NCBI GenBank assembly: GCA_963768955.1
Contig: CAVYJV010000001.1
Coordinates: 97,340-161,339, forward strand
Source: an uncultured Alphaproteobacteria bacterium
GTDB lineage: Bacteria > Pseudomonadota > Alphaproteobacteria > Sphingomonadales > Sphingomonadaceae
Reading direction: 5' to 3'
Length of the DNA: 64,000 bases
In this document: piece after piece, positions 11,420-24,601 of the stretch
How the letters are laid out: every line of letters starts with the position of its first letter
Position numbering within the stretch: the first letter of the stretch is position 1
Notes under the pieces: generated by a model
Databases searched by the model: none
What the model was told of the DNA's origin: nothing
What the model saw: only the letters and a program-made list of their open reading frames with translations
Made by a program: the position numbers and the translations under genes

Positions 11420-12434
11420 CTAGTAGCTCCGCGCGACGGCGAATTCGGCCGCTTCGACCATCGCCGCCTTGGCGCGGCCGGCGAGGAAAGAGGGCGAGCG
11501 CGTCGATCGCGCGGCGGGCGTAGAGCCGGGCGCGCTCCATCGTGTCGGCCAAAGCGCCGCTCGATCCGACCAGCGCGATGGCCTGGGCCAGGTCATCGTC
11601 CGAGGTGCGGCTTCCGGCCATTGCCGCCGACCAGAATTTGCGATCGGCATCGCTGCCGCGCGCGTAGGCGAGGATCACCGGAAGCGTCATCTTGCCGTCG
11701 CGGAAGTCGTCGCCCTGGCCCTTGCCCATGGTCGCCGCGTCGGACGAATAGTCGATCGCATCGTCGACCAACTGGAACGCGATGCCCAAGTTGCGGCCGA
11801 AGCTGTCGAGCGCTTGCTCGGCCTCGTCGCCGGCCTCGGCCACGACCGGCGCGATGCGGCAGGCGGCGGCGAACAAAGCCGCGGTCTTGGCGGCGATGAT
11901 GGCGAGGTAATGCTCCTCGTCGGTGTCGATCCGGCGCTGGGCGGTCAGTTGGTCGACCTCGCCCTCGGCGATCACGGCGCTGGCGTGGCTGAGGATCTTG
12001 AGCACCTTGAGGCTGCCATCCTCGACCATCAGTTCGAACGCGCGGCTGAACAGGAAATCGCCGACCAGCACGCTCGCCGGATTGCCCCAGATCAGGTTGG
12101 CGGCAGTCTTGCCGCGGCGCATGTCCGACCCGTCGACGACATCGTCGTGGAGCAGGGTGGCGGTGTGGATGAATTCGACCGCGGCGGCGAGCTTGTGGTG
12201 GCGCGTGCCCGGATAATCGCACAATGCCGCGCTGGCCAGGGTCAGCATCGGCCGCATGCGCTTGCCGCCGCCGGCGATGAGGTGACCGGCAAGCTCCGGG
12301 ATCAGCGCGACCTTGGACTGCATCCGGTCGAGGATGACGGCATTGACCGCATTCATGTCGGTCGCGACCAGTTGGACCAGCGGATCGAGGCCTGGGGCGG
12401 GTCGCCCGGTGATGGGGTGGATGGTCGCGGTCAC
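11420..12434 (-). CDS. ispB: Polyprenyl diphosphate synthase (IspB/DdsA-like); frameshift near the 3' end
   Basis: GGKRMRP, LLHDDVVD..RRG, KTA, FQLVDD and GDDFRDGK. GTG start at 12434. Confidence 0.92.
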
Positions 12435-12477
12435 GGGGGGTGCTTTAGTGAGGTGAGGGCGGATTGGCCAGCGGGGC

Positions 12478-13867
12478 TCAGCCGGCGACCGGCAGCGACA
12501 GCGTCGCTTCGAGGCCGCCAAGATCTTCGCTCTCCCCCAAGTGAAACCGTGCCGCCGTAGATCTCCGCGACGTCGCGGACGATGGCGAGGCCGAGGCCGG
12601 TGCCCGGCTTGCCGGTAGTGTCGAGCCGCGCGCCGCGATCGAAAATCGCCTGCGCGTTCGGCCTCCGGAATGCCGGGGCCGTCGTCCTCGACCGCAATCT
12701 CGACCGTCGATCCGGCGCGGGACGACCGTGACGAACACGCGCCCGCCGCCATATTTGGCGGCATTCTCGACCAGATTGCCGAGCATCTCGTCGAGGTCCT
12801 GCCGCTCGACGCGCACCTCGGCGGTCTTGTCGCCGTCGATGTCGACCGTCACCGCTCGGTAGAGCCGCGACGACCGCGCGCTCGACCGCCTCGAGGCTGT
12901 CCCAGACGGTCGCGCGGGCCTGGGCCGAAGCGCGGCGGCCGATGGCGCGGGCACGGGCGAGGTGATGATCGACCTGGCGGCGCATGGTCGGTCGCTTCGC
13001 GGCACACCGTGTCGGCGAGGTCGGGCGCCTGCGCGGTGGCGGCGTTGGTGATGACCGTCAGCGGGGTCTTGAGCGCGTGGGCGAGGTTGCCGGCGTGGCG
13101 CCGCGCTTCCTCGGCCTGCTCCTCGCTGTGGGCCAGCAGCTCGTTGATCTCATCGACCAGCGGAAGGACTTCGCGGGGAAAATTCTCGGCGATGCGGCTC
13201 TGGCGGCCGGAGCGGATGGCGATGACTTCGCGTCGCACCCGGCGCAGCGGCCACAGGCCGTAGATCGCCTGCAGGGCGGCCAGGACGAGCAGGCCCAGGC
13301 CAAGCGCGGCGAGGCTCCAGATCAGGGTCGTCCGCAAATCGTGGATCTGGCGGTCGAGAATCTCGCGCGACTGGGCGACCTGGAACCGCCAGCGGGTCGG
13401 CGATCCGGGCAGGATCACGTCGCGCTCGACGATGCGCAGCGGTTCGCCCTCGAACTCGTCGCTGTCGTAGCTGTGCAGCTTGACGTCGTTATGGTTGGAG
13501 TCGACCTGCAATCGCCGATCCCACAAGGACCGGGACGGAAAGGTATCGGTGCCTTCCCCGCTGATCTGGAAATAGACGCCCGAATAGGCTTCGAGAAAGC
13601 GCTGGTCGGCCGGCGGGCGGTTGAACCGGACCTCGCCGTCCGGGTCGATCTCGGAGCTGGCGATCATCGCGTTGAGGACATATTCGAGCTGCTCGTCGAA
13701 ATTCCCGGTCGAGCGACCGGGTCAGCACCCGGTCGAGCGCATAGCCGCCGCTGAGCAGCAGCACACCGATCCACAGCGCCGCGACGCCGATCATGCGCCG
13801 GGTCAGCGAAGTCAGCCGCGCGGCGGTCCCCGCACGACCGGCTTGGCCGCGACGGCGGATCGGTCAC
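12478..13867 (-). CDS. Sensor histidine kinase (PhoQ/FeuQ-like); several frameshifts
   Basis: Two TM segments, H-box LAHALKTPL, N-box GNLVENAAKY and G-boxes EDDGPGI and GTGLGL across frames. Confidence 0.9.
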
Positions 13868-14530
13868 GCGCCCGGATCCTCGAGGCTGTAGCCGAGGCCG
13901 CGGATGGTGGTGATGACGTCGGCGCCGAGCTTCTTGCGGATGCGGGTGACGAACACTTCGATGGTGTTCGAATCGCGGTCGAAATCCTGGTCGTAGATAT
14001 GCTCGATCAGCTCGGTCCGGCTGACCACCTTGCCCTTGTGGTGCATCAGGTAGCTCAGCAGCTTATATTCCTGCGCGGTCAGCTTGACCGGCTCGCCGCC
14101 TTGGTGACCTTGCCCGAGCGCGTGTCGAGGCGGATGTCGCCGGCGATGAGCTCCGACGAGGCATTGCCCGAGGCGCGGCGGATCAGCGCCCGCAGGCGGG
14201 CGATCAGCTCCTCGGTCTGGAACGGCTTGGCGAGATAATCGTCGGCGCCCGGCATCGAGGCCGGCGACCTTGTCCGACCAGCTGTCGCGCGCGGTCAGCA
14301 CCAGCACCGGCATCTTGCGGCCTTCCTTGCGCCAGCGGTCGAGCACGGTCAGGCCGTCGACTTCGGGCAGGCCGAGGTCGAGCACCACCGCGTCATAGTT
14401 TTCGGTGCGAGCCGAGATAATGGCCGTCCTCGCCGTCGGTGGCGAGGTCGACGGCATAGCCCGCGCCTTCCAGCGTGGAGCGCAACTGGCGGCCGAGATT
14501 GGGTTCGTCCTCGACGATCAGGACGCGCAT
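13864..14530 (-). CDS. OmpR-family response regulator (PhoP/FeuP-like); frameshifted
   Basis: [20 protein letters not shown] and winged-helix [21 protein letters not shown]. Confidence 0.93.
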
Positions 14531-14659
14531 TGAGATATTCCCCTGAAAATCGTTTCGCCCCTCAAACACGCTGGCAAGCTGAACGGTTGCTTGGGCGAAC
14601 GCAAGGCTGGACCCCCGAGAGAGGGACAAGGTAAGGCGTCGATGCGGTGGCAAAAGGGC

Positions 14660-14972
14660 TCAGCGCCCCGATCGGCCGACGATTCGACCGGTCGCGGCGT
14701 CGACGTCGACCCAGATGACGCGGCCGCCGCGCATGAACTTCAGCCGATAGGTATCGCCGCGGAATTCAGGGCCGAGATAGTCGGCGGCCGAAATCGCGCG
14801 CCATCTCGGCATCACCTCGTCGCTCGATCTTGCGGCAGCGGCATCGACGCGGCCCTCGCGTCGTGGCACGGAACGCCTGGTCCTGGTCGCGCGGCGCGGT
14901 CGGCCAGCGCCGGGCTGGTCAGCGAGGCCGGCTGCGAACGCAGCGGCAAGAAGGGGACGGAACGATGGTCAT
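14660..14972 (-). CDS. Small exported PepSY-like protein (FeuN-like position); frameshifted
   Basis: C-terminus YLGPEFRGDTYRLKFMRGGRVIWVDVDAATGRIVG; lies directly upstream of the RR-HK pair. Confidence 0.7.
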
Positions 14973-15012
14973 CGCGGGAAACTTTCTGCGCCGCCTTCCT
15001 AGCACAAGGCAT

Positions 15013-15029
15013 TGAATGCCTTATGAATG
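15013..15029. promoter_or_regulatory. Tandem direct repeat, candidate OmpR-family binding site
   Basis: TGAATG-N5-TGAATG (11-bp period) about 40 bp upstream of the PepSY/RR/HK operon. Confidence 0.45.
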
Positions 15030-15110
15030 GTCGTCGATGGGCCTTGTTCAGACGCGTTTCCAGGCCCGCGCGTGACGACGGGCGCGCATGCTACGCTAGG
15101 TCGCGCCGCC

Positions 15111-16923
<1,813 letters not shown>

Positions 16924-16927
<4 letters not shown>

Positions 16928-17484
16928 GCGAGATCGAATCGCTGATCGCCCACTACGGGCTGATCGCGATCGTCATCGGCGCCGCGCTGGAGGGCGAGAC
17001 GGTGGCTATGATCGGCGGCATGAGCGCCCACCGCGGCCTGTTTGCGCTACCGGCGGCGTGGGCGGCGGTGCTGGCCGGGACGATGATCGCCGACCAAGGG
17101 CTGTACTACGCCGGTCGCATGCTGAAGGACCGACCGCGGATCCTCCGCTTGCGCGCGACCGACCGCTTCCAGAAGGCGCAGCGTCTGTTCGAACGGCATC
17201 CGCAGAGCTTCGTAATGCTGTTCCGATTCCTTTACGGAATGCGAACCGTCAGCCCTCTGTTGATCGGCACCAGCGGCTTTCCGCCGGCCCGCTTCGCCGT
17301 CCTCAACCTGATTGCGGCAATGTTCTGGGCCACGCTGTTTGTGGGCGTCGGATTCATGTTCGGGATCGGCATCGAACGGTTGTTCGCCCGCGGCGCCGGG
17401 TTCGCGCAATGGTGGCCCTATCTGCTGATCCCGGTCGGGGTGGGGCTGTTGTGGAAGCTCTCGGTCCGAGCCCGCCGACCCTGA
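16924..17484 (+). CDS. DedA family membrane protein
   Basis: GAALEGET, GTMIADQGLY, FRFLYGMRT and several TM helices. Confidence 0.92.
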
Positions 17485-17560
17485 GTCCCTTTTCGGGCCA
17501 TTCCACGATTCCAGTGAAATAATTGCGCAGGTTGACTAACTTGCATTAATCCGCCTACGG

Positions 17561-17576
17561 TTAAAGTTTGGTTAAC
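17561..17576. promoter_or_regulatory. CtrA-box
   Basis: TTAA-AGTTTGG-TTAAC equals TTAA-N7-TTAAC and also matches on the reverse strand; 44 nt upstream of the PEP-CTERM gene. Confidence 0.65.
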
Positions 17577-17620
17577 GAGTTGCATTTGGCGGCGGCTATT
17601 GGCGCGCGGGGGTCGAATGA

Positions 17621-18188
17621 ATGAAAACGATCGCGGCCTTCGCAACCATTGCGACTGCGCTGATCAGTAGTGCGGCGAGCGGGCAGTCGAATTTCACCGG
17701 CGCCACGGTCAATTACAGTTACCTCTATCCGACCAATTTGAACGTCTATAGCAGTGGCGGCTACGTGGTGGGTTCCGGGGTCGAGATTCTCAACGTGGCT
17801 GGAGATCCGGCAATCACCCTCGATATCTCCAGCAACAGCCTGCTGGTCAGTTTCAACCGGACCTCGGTCTGGACGAACTATCGCCTTCAATGGATGGACC
17901 CTTTCCGATCAAGTGAATGGTCTGAACGACATCACGGACGTGACCATCAACTCCGCGTCCAACTGGGGCTCGTTCAACCTGTCGAACATATCCTTCACGT
18001 CGAATTCGATCACCGTGAACTGGGCGGGGCTGGCATTCGATCCGACCACGACCTTGCTGCTCGATGTCACCTTTGCGTCGGCGGTGCCCGAGCCCGCGGC
18101 GTGGGCGATGATGCTCGTGGGCTTTGGCGCGATTGGTTACGCGCTGCGCCGACGTCGCAGGTCGATGCCTTCGGCGCTGATCACCTGA
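17621..18188 (+). CDS. PEP-CTERM (PEPxxWA-CTERM) sorting-domain protein; frameshift near 17880
   Basis: Signal peptide MKTIAAF..., Ser/Thr/Asn-rich body, and C-terminal VPEPAAWAMMLVGFGAIGYALRRRRR. Confidence 0.92.
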
Positions 18189-18229
18189 TCGGTGGCGATC
18201 GGGCGTAAGCCCCAGCCGCGGGCCATGGC

Positions 18230-20057
18230 TCAACCCATCGCCGCAGTCCGCTCCTTGATCCGCCGCTCGAGGATGGTGAGCGGCATCGCGCCCTCCTTGA
18301 GCACTTCGTGGAACTGCTTGAGGTCGAACCTGGCGCCGAGCGTCTTTTCCGCATCCGCCCGGGCGCGGATCCAGGCCATGTGGCCGACCTTGTAGCTGCA
18401 GGCCTGACCCATCTGGGTGCAGTAGCGCTCGACCTCACGCAGCGACGCGCGGGCGGGCAAAGCCGGTGGCACCGACCATATAATCGATCGCTTGCTCGCG
18501 GCTCCAGCCCTTGGCGTGAAGACCGGTGTCGACCACCAGCCGGCCGGCGCGGAACAGGAACGACTGGAGGATAGCCGGCGCGATCGATGCCCTGATAGGC
18601 GCCAAGCTCGTCGGCGACCTGCTCGGCATAGAGCGCCCAGCCTTCCGAATAAGCCGAGAAGCCACCGAGCTTGCGGATGGTCGGAATGTCCTTCGACTGC
18701 TGCGCCAGGCTGATCTGCAGATGATGGCCGGGCGAGCCTTCGTGATAGGTGAGCGCGGGGAGCGAATATTTCGGCCAGTCGCCGACGTCTTTCAGATTGA
18801 TGTAATAGATCGCCGGACGAGAGCCATCGAGGCTGGCGCTGCGATAGTAGCCGTTCGACGCGCCGTCCTGGATCTCGACCGGCACGGCGCGGATCTCGAG
18901 CGGCTGGGTGGGCAAAGTGGCGAAGGCGCGTGGCAGGCGGCCTTTCATGTCCTCGACCCCGGCATTGAGGCTGGCGATCAACGCGGCGCGCCCTTCGGGG
19001 GTGTTGGGGTAGAGCTGGTCGGCACGGCGATTGAGCTGGTCGAGCCGCGCTCCGACGCTTCCCTGGGTCAGGCCGGCACCCTTGCAGGATGACGTCGAGC
19101 TGCCCGCTGATCTCGGCCACCTGCGCAAGGCCGAGGCGATGCACTTCGTCGGGAGTGAAATTAGTGGTGGTCGCCTGTTTCAGCGCGGCGGCGTAGATTT
19201 CATCGCCGCGCGGCAGGCGCAGCCGCGCCGTCGCCCGGCCGGGAGGTCGGCTTCAGCGCTTCCATCAGCGCGATCTGGCGGTCGAGCGCGGGATAGACTT
19301 CCTTCTCGACGATGGCGGTGGCGCGGGCCGCCCAGTCACCGGCGATATTCTTGGCGGCGGCGCGCTTGGCGATCGACTGCACCATGCCGCTGTCGGCCGC
19401 GGCGACCCCGCGTAGCTTCTTCATCTGGCCCAGCGTCAGATCGATCGACCAGGCGGGGGCGAGGAAACCGCGCGCCGCCTGCGACTTCTGCTCGGCGCTG
19501 TCATTGTCGAGCAAGGTGTCGACCAGCGCGAGGCGCGACAGATAGGCTTCGGCATCGGCGGCGGTGTCAATCGTATGGCTCGAATTGAGAAAATCGGGGG
19601 TCGAGAAGTAGACCCCGCCCTGCTGGAAGATGGGATAGGGACGCTGGACGCTGTCGATGCCGAACTGTTCGCGCGCCACGAGGCCGGTTTCGCCCTGGTA
19701 GAGGACGACTTCGCGGTTGAGCTTGCCGGCGGTCGACAGGGTCGCCGGGTTGACGGCGCGGACCTGTGCGATCTCGCGCTTGAGCAGTAGCAGATCCTCG
19801 CGCCGCGCCTGCGCTGCCGGGCGGACATCGAATTGCGACTTCAGGGCCGCCAGCGGTCCCTTGTCGAACCCGAGCCCGGTGGCGAAGCTCGGGCTACGTT
19901 TGACCCGATCCATGAAGATCTTTTCGAGCAAAGCGTTGAGCCTGGCATCTCCCGGGGTCGCGGCAGTGGCGGGCTTGCCTTGCGCGAACCCCGGGACGGG
20001 GGCGAGGACGGCGCCGGCGGCAAGGCCGGTGGTGGCGAGGAACTGGCGGCGGTCCAT
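18230..20057 (-). CDS. DUF885 family protein, Tat-exported; frameshifted
   Basis: MDRRQFL signal, [25 protein letters not shown] and GQACSYKVG. Confidence 0.92.
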
Positions 20058-20134
20058 TGGTCTCTCCCGATCTGATTTCCGGGAGAGACTAAGCGCCGAG
20101 CGGCGGACCGCAAGGCCGTTGGTCGAAGGAAAGC

Positions 20135-21514
20135 CTACGCTTGCAGTTGATATTGCTTGATCAAATCGTAGAGCGTCGGTCGACTGATGCCGAGCAGTTT
20201 GGCGGCGCTCGATATATTATTGTCGGTGCGGGCCATCGCCTGGCGAATGGCGCGGCGGTCGGCGATTTCGCGCGCAGCGCGCAGGTTGATGGCGCGCGAC
20301 TCCTCCGGCGTCTGGGCCGGGCCGAGATCGAGGTCGGCGGCGGCGATGGTCCGCCCGTCGGCCATGATCACCGCGCGCTTCATGCGGTTTTCCAGCTCGC
20401 GAACGTTACCCGGCCAATTGTGCGCGTCGATCGCGTCGGCGGCGTCGGGGGCCAGACCCTGCACCTTGGGGTTCATGGTCGCGTGCAAAGCGGGCGACGA
20501 AATGACGCGCCAGCAGCACCGCGTCGCCGGGCCGTTCGGCGAGGCACGGGATCATCACCACGATTTCGGCCAGGCGGTAGTAGAGATCGTCGCGGAAGCG
20601 CCCGCCGGCGATCATCGACTTCGAGATCCTGGTGGGTGGCGCAGACGATCCTCGTGTCGACCGCAATGGTCGACCTGCCGCCGATCCGCTCGATCACCCG
20701 TTCCTGCAGGAAGCGCAGCAATTTGACCTGCAGCGGCAGCGGGATGTCGCCGACCTCGTCGAGGAACAGCGTGCCGCCCTGCGCCTGCTCGATCTTGCCG
20801 GGCGTGGTCTTGACCGCTCCGGTGAAGGCGCCGCGTTCGTAGCCGAACAATTCCGCTTCGAGCAGATTTTCAGGGATGGCGGCGCAGTTGATGGCGACGA
20901 ATTCGCCCTTCCTGCGCGGGCGACAGGTCGTGAACCGCACGGGCCAGCAATTCCTTGCCGGTGCCGCTCGCGCCGAGCAGCATCACCGACACGTCGGCCG
21001 GCGCCACGCGCTCGACGGTTCGCGCGACCTTGAGCATCTCGGGCGAGGCGGTGATGATCGATCCCAGCACGGTGGCCGCGCCGCCGCCGTCGCCCGCTTC
21101 GAGCCGGCGATTTTCGGCCTCGATCTCGTGCAAATGGAAGGCGCGGGCGACGATCAGCCCGAGGTCGTCGATGTCGACCGGCTTGCGGTAGAAATCATAG
21201 GCCCCGAGCGCGATCGCCTTCAGCGCGCTTTCGCGGGCGCCATGACCCGAGGCGACGATCACCTTGGTGTCGGGCTTGAGGGTCAGGATCTCGCTCAGCG
21301 TGGCGAACCCTTCGGTCGTGCCGTCGGGGTCGGGCGGCAGGCCGAGGTCGAGCGTGACCACCGCCGGTTCGTGCAGGCGGACGAGGTCGATCGCCTGCGC
21401 TCGGTTGGTCGCGGCGACCACGCGATAGCCTTCATAGGCCCATTTCAGCTGGCGCTGCAGGCCCTCGTCATCCTCGACGATCAGCAGGATGGGGAGGTTC
21501 TTGTCGTCGGTCAT
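20135..21514 (-). CDS. prsR: PEP-CTERM-box sigma54 response regulator PrsR; frameshifted
   Basis: Receiver [42 protein letters not shown] and Fis-type [16 protein letters not shown]. Confidence 0.93.
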
Positions 21515-23565
21515 GCGCGTTTCCGTAGTTTTTCGGCGGCCGGCCTGGCCTCGGCCATGTGGATGGTGAATCGGCTACCCTTGCCGGGGCGGCTATCGAC
21601 CGTCAGCCGACCGCCCATCGAGGCGATCAAGCTGCGCGCCTCGAACGCGCCGACGCCAAAGCCGCTGTCCTTGGTCGAGGCAAAGGGCTGGAACAGGCGG
21701 GTGCGGACGAACTCGCTGTCCATGCCGCAGCCGTGGTCGATGATGGCGATGGTCACTTCGCTGCCGTCGCCGCCCATCCGCACGGTGACCGGCTGGGTCG
21801 CGGTGCTGGCATCAAGCGCGTTCTGCAGCAGATGGCCGATCGCCTGTTCGAGCAGCAATGGATCGGCCATCACCCAGTGATTGCCGTCGCCGCTCAATGT
21901 GACGTCGTGACTGGCCCGCCGCGCGGCAACCAGAGAGGCGACGAGCGGCCGGAGGGCGATCGGCTCGAGCCGGGCGGCGCGCTGGTCGGCGGCCGGGGTC
22001 AGCCGGGCAAGCAGATCGGTCATCTTGCCGACCGACCCGCGCAAGGTGGCGATCATGTCAGCGCGGAATTCGGGGTTGTCGGCATGGCGCTCGGCATTGC
22101 GCGCGACCAGCGACAATTGGCTGACGAGATTCTTCACGTCGTGCAGGATGAAGGCAAAGCGGCGGTTGAACTCGTCAAAGCGCTGGGCCTGGGCAAGTGC
22201 CTGCTGGCCGTGCGCCTCGGCAAGGCTCGATGCGGCCTGGCGACCAGCGGTCTTGAGCAGGTCGAAATCCTCCCAGTCGAGCGCACGGCGGAACTCGGGC
22301 GCGGCGAGAAGGACAAGGCCAATCAGCCGGCCGCCGTGCATCAGGGGCACGCCGCACCACGCCTGATCATCGAGCCACGGCGGGATCGGCAGCGACGATC
22401 CGCCATGGCCGTCGCCGCGGCGAAGCGCGTCAAAATCGAGGATCTGCGGTTCGTGCTCGAGTTCCACCCAGCGCGCCAGATCATCACGGTCGGAAATGAA
22501 GCCCGCGCCGTGCCAGTTCCACTCCGCTGCCTGTTCGACCTGGCCCTGGTCGTCCGATACCAGTAGCAGGCCGCCAGGGCTGTCGAGGATATCCGCGAAG
22601 GCCTTTACCAGCCGCTCACCGAGCGGCGCGACGTCCGATCCCGACCGGCCGATAGTGTCGGCAAAGCGCAGCCATTCGGTGCGATAATCATAGCGATGCT
22701 CGAACAGATGCTTGGCCAGCTTGACCTTGGCCCAGCTTCGCGCCCGCTGGCTCGGCAGCAGCACCATCGCGACAACCGTCATCGTCGCCAGCATCGCCAC
22801 CAGGATCGGCCGCGACCAGTCGAGCCCTGATCCGCGCAGCGCTGTGGCGAGCAGGGTCATAGTCGCGAAATAGGCGCAGATTGCGAGCAGCGAGAGCGAC
22901 TGGAACGTGGCGGCGCGCGACAGGCGGATGCGCCAACCATCGGCCCGTCCGGCGCCGATCGCGAACAAAGGCACGGTTAGCGCGACCATCACCCCGCGCC
23001 ATTCGCCGAGTCCGACACTCGACGACGGGTCGAGGTAGGCAAGCGTGTAGAGATTGAGGTCGTAGCCCCAGGTCGCGACCAGCGCGAGCATCGCCATGCC
23101 GATCGCCGAGCGGCTGGCCGGATCGGCCTGGCCGAACAGGTTGTGCACCAACACCAGCAGGCCCGCCGCGGCGGTGATCCGAAGCAGAATGGCGGTGGCA
23201 GCCATCGTCGGCTCCGCGCCCAGCGCCAGCGGCAGCAAGTCGGCGACCATCTGCAGCCCGAGCACCGCGCCAACCGCGCCGTAGACCAGGCGAACGCCGC
23301 GCTGGCGCTCGACCGCCTCGCCCCCGCCCGACAAACTGTGGAGCAGGGCGAGCCAGGTAAAATTGCGGAACGTCTCGGCCAGCTGGGTTAGCGGCGCGCC
23401 GGGCGCGATCGCCCCGAGCCACGCCCAGCAGGCCGTCAGTGCAAAGCCCGCAAGCATCAGCCGCTGCGCCGGCAGCCGGACGCCGGCCTTCAACCGCCAC
23501 AGGATGAGGGCGATGAACAGCAAGGCCGCCATGGCCTGCGCCGGAAAGGCGATCCAATCGTTCAT
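21511..23565 (-). CDS. prsK: PEP-CTERM system histidine kinase PrsK
   Basis: Multi-TM N-terminus, KHLFEHRYDYRTEW, FAFILHDVKNLVSQLSL, HADNPEF and GFGVGAFEAR. Confidence 0.94.
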   Translation of the reverse strand: MNDWIAFPAQAMAALLFIALILWRLKAGVRLPAQRLMLAGFALTACWAWLGAIAPGAPLTQLAETFRNFTWLALLHSLSGGGEAVERQRGVRLVYGAVGAVLGLQMVADLLPLALGAEPTMAATAILLRITAAAGLLVLVHNLFGQADPASRSAIGMAMLALVATWGYDLNLYTLAYLDPSSSVGLGEWRGVMVALTVPLFAIGAGRADGWRIRLSRAATFQSLSLLAICAYFATMTLLATALRGSGLDWSRPILVAMLATMTVVAMVLLPSQRARSWAKVKLAKHLFEHRYDYRTEWLRFADTIGRSGSDVAPLGERLVKAFADILDSPGGLLLVSDDQGQVEQAAEWNWHGAGFISDRDDLARWVELEHEPQILDFDALRRGDGHGGSSLPIPPWLDDQAWCGVPLMHGGRLIGLVLLAAPEFRRALDWEDFDLLKTAGRQAASSLAEAHGQQALAQAQRFDEFNRRFAFILHDVKNLVSQLSLVARNAERHADNPEFRADMIATLRGSVGKMTDLLARLTPAADQRAARLEPIALRPLVASLVAARRASHDVTLSGDGNHWVMADPLLLEQAIGHLLQNALDASTATQPVTVRMGGDGSEVTIAIIDHGCGMDSEFVRTRLFQPFASTKDSGFGVGAFEARSLIASMGGRLTVDSRPGKGSRFTIHMAEARPAAEKLRKRA

Positions 23566-23576
23566 CGGGCCGAGTA

Positions 23577-23620
23577 TGTAAATTCCACCGACATTTCGCG
23601 TAGTGTCGGATAAATTTACA
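23577..23620. promoter_or_regulatory. Inverted pair of TGT-N11-ACA enhancer-like sites (PEP-CTERM box-like)
   Basis: TGTAAATTCCACCGACA (23577-23593) and TGTCGGATAAATTTACA (23604-23620; reverse complement TGTAAATTTATCCGACA). Confidence 0.65.
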
Positions 23621-23653
23621 AACAAACCCTGAAGACGCCGCTATGTTTGGCAA

Positions 23654-24601
23654 ATGAGGAAGATCGAAAAGCGACAAGTGGGCAGTAGCGGCCTTTCCGT
23701 GGCGCCGCTCGCCCTGGGCGGAAACGTGTTCGGCTGGACCGCCAACGATCAGGTGAGCTTCGACCTGCTTGATGCGTTCGTCGATGCCGGCGGAACCATG
23801 ATCGACACCGCCGACGTCTATTCGGCCTGGGTGGCAGGCCATGTCGGCGGCGAAAGCGAGACGGTCATCGGCCGCTGGCTGAAACGGGATCCCGCCAAGC
23901 GCGACAAAATCGTGATCGCGACCAAGGTCGGCTTCATGTCGGGGCTGTCCCCTGACACCATCGCGGGCGCGTGCGATGCGTCCTTGCAGCGGCTCGGAAT
24001 CGACACGATCGACCTCTATTACCAGCACAAGGACGACGAGAGCGTGCCCCTGGCCGACAGCCTGGGCGCGTTCGAGCGCTTACGCGCCGCGGGTAAGATC
24101 CGCTCGACCGGTCTGAGCAATTTCTCGGCCGCGCGGGTCGAGCAAGCGCTCGACACCGCGGTTCGTGCCAGGATCGAACCCGCGGTCGCGGTGCAGGGCT
24201 GGTACAATCTGGTCGAGCGCGGGAAGTTTGAGGGCGAGTTGCAGGACGTGGTGACTGGGCGCGGGCTCGCTTTTTTTCCTTACTATAGCCTCGCCAATGG
24301 CTTCCTGACCGGCAAATATCGCTCGGAAGACGACCTCGGCAAATCGGTCCGCGGCGGCCGCAACCGCGAATATGTCGATAGCCCCGCGGGCCAGGCGGTG
24401 CTTGCCGCGCTCGACGATGTCGCAGCCGAAACCGGGGCTTCGCTCGCCACCGTCGCGCTGGCTTGGACCAAGGCCCAGGGCGGCGTCACTGCGCCGATCG
24501 CAAGCGCCACCAGCATGGCCCAGGCCAGAGAATTGATCGCCGCTCTGACGCTCGACCTTACACCAGGTCAAATCGACGCGCTCAACGCCGCGAGCGACTA
24601 G
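23654..24601 (+). CDS. Aldo/keto reductase
   Basis: LGGNVFGW, IDTADVY, IATKVG, SLQRLGIDTIDLYYQH and GFLTGKY. Confidence 0.95.
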   Translation: MRKIEKRQVGSSGLSVAPLALGGNVFGWTANDQVSFDLLDAFVDAGGTMIDTADVYSAWVAGHVGGESETVIGRWLKRDPAKRDKIVIATKVGFMSGLSPDTIAGACDASLQRLGIDTIDLYYQHKDDESVPLADSLGAFERLRAAGKIRSTGLSNFSAARVEQALDTAVRARIEPAVAVQGWYNLVERGKFEGELQDVVTGRGLAFFPYYSLANGFLTGKYRSEDDLGKSVRGGRNREYVDSPAGQAVLAALDDVAAETGASLATVALAWTKAQGGVTAPIASATSMAQARELIAALTLDLTPGQIDALNAASD

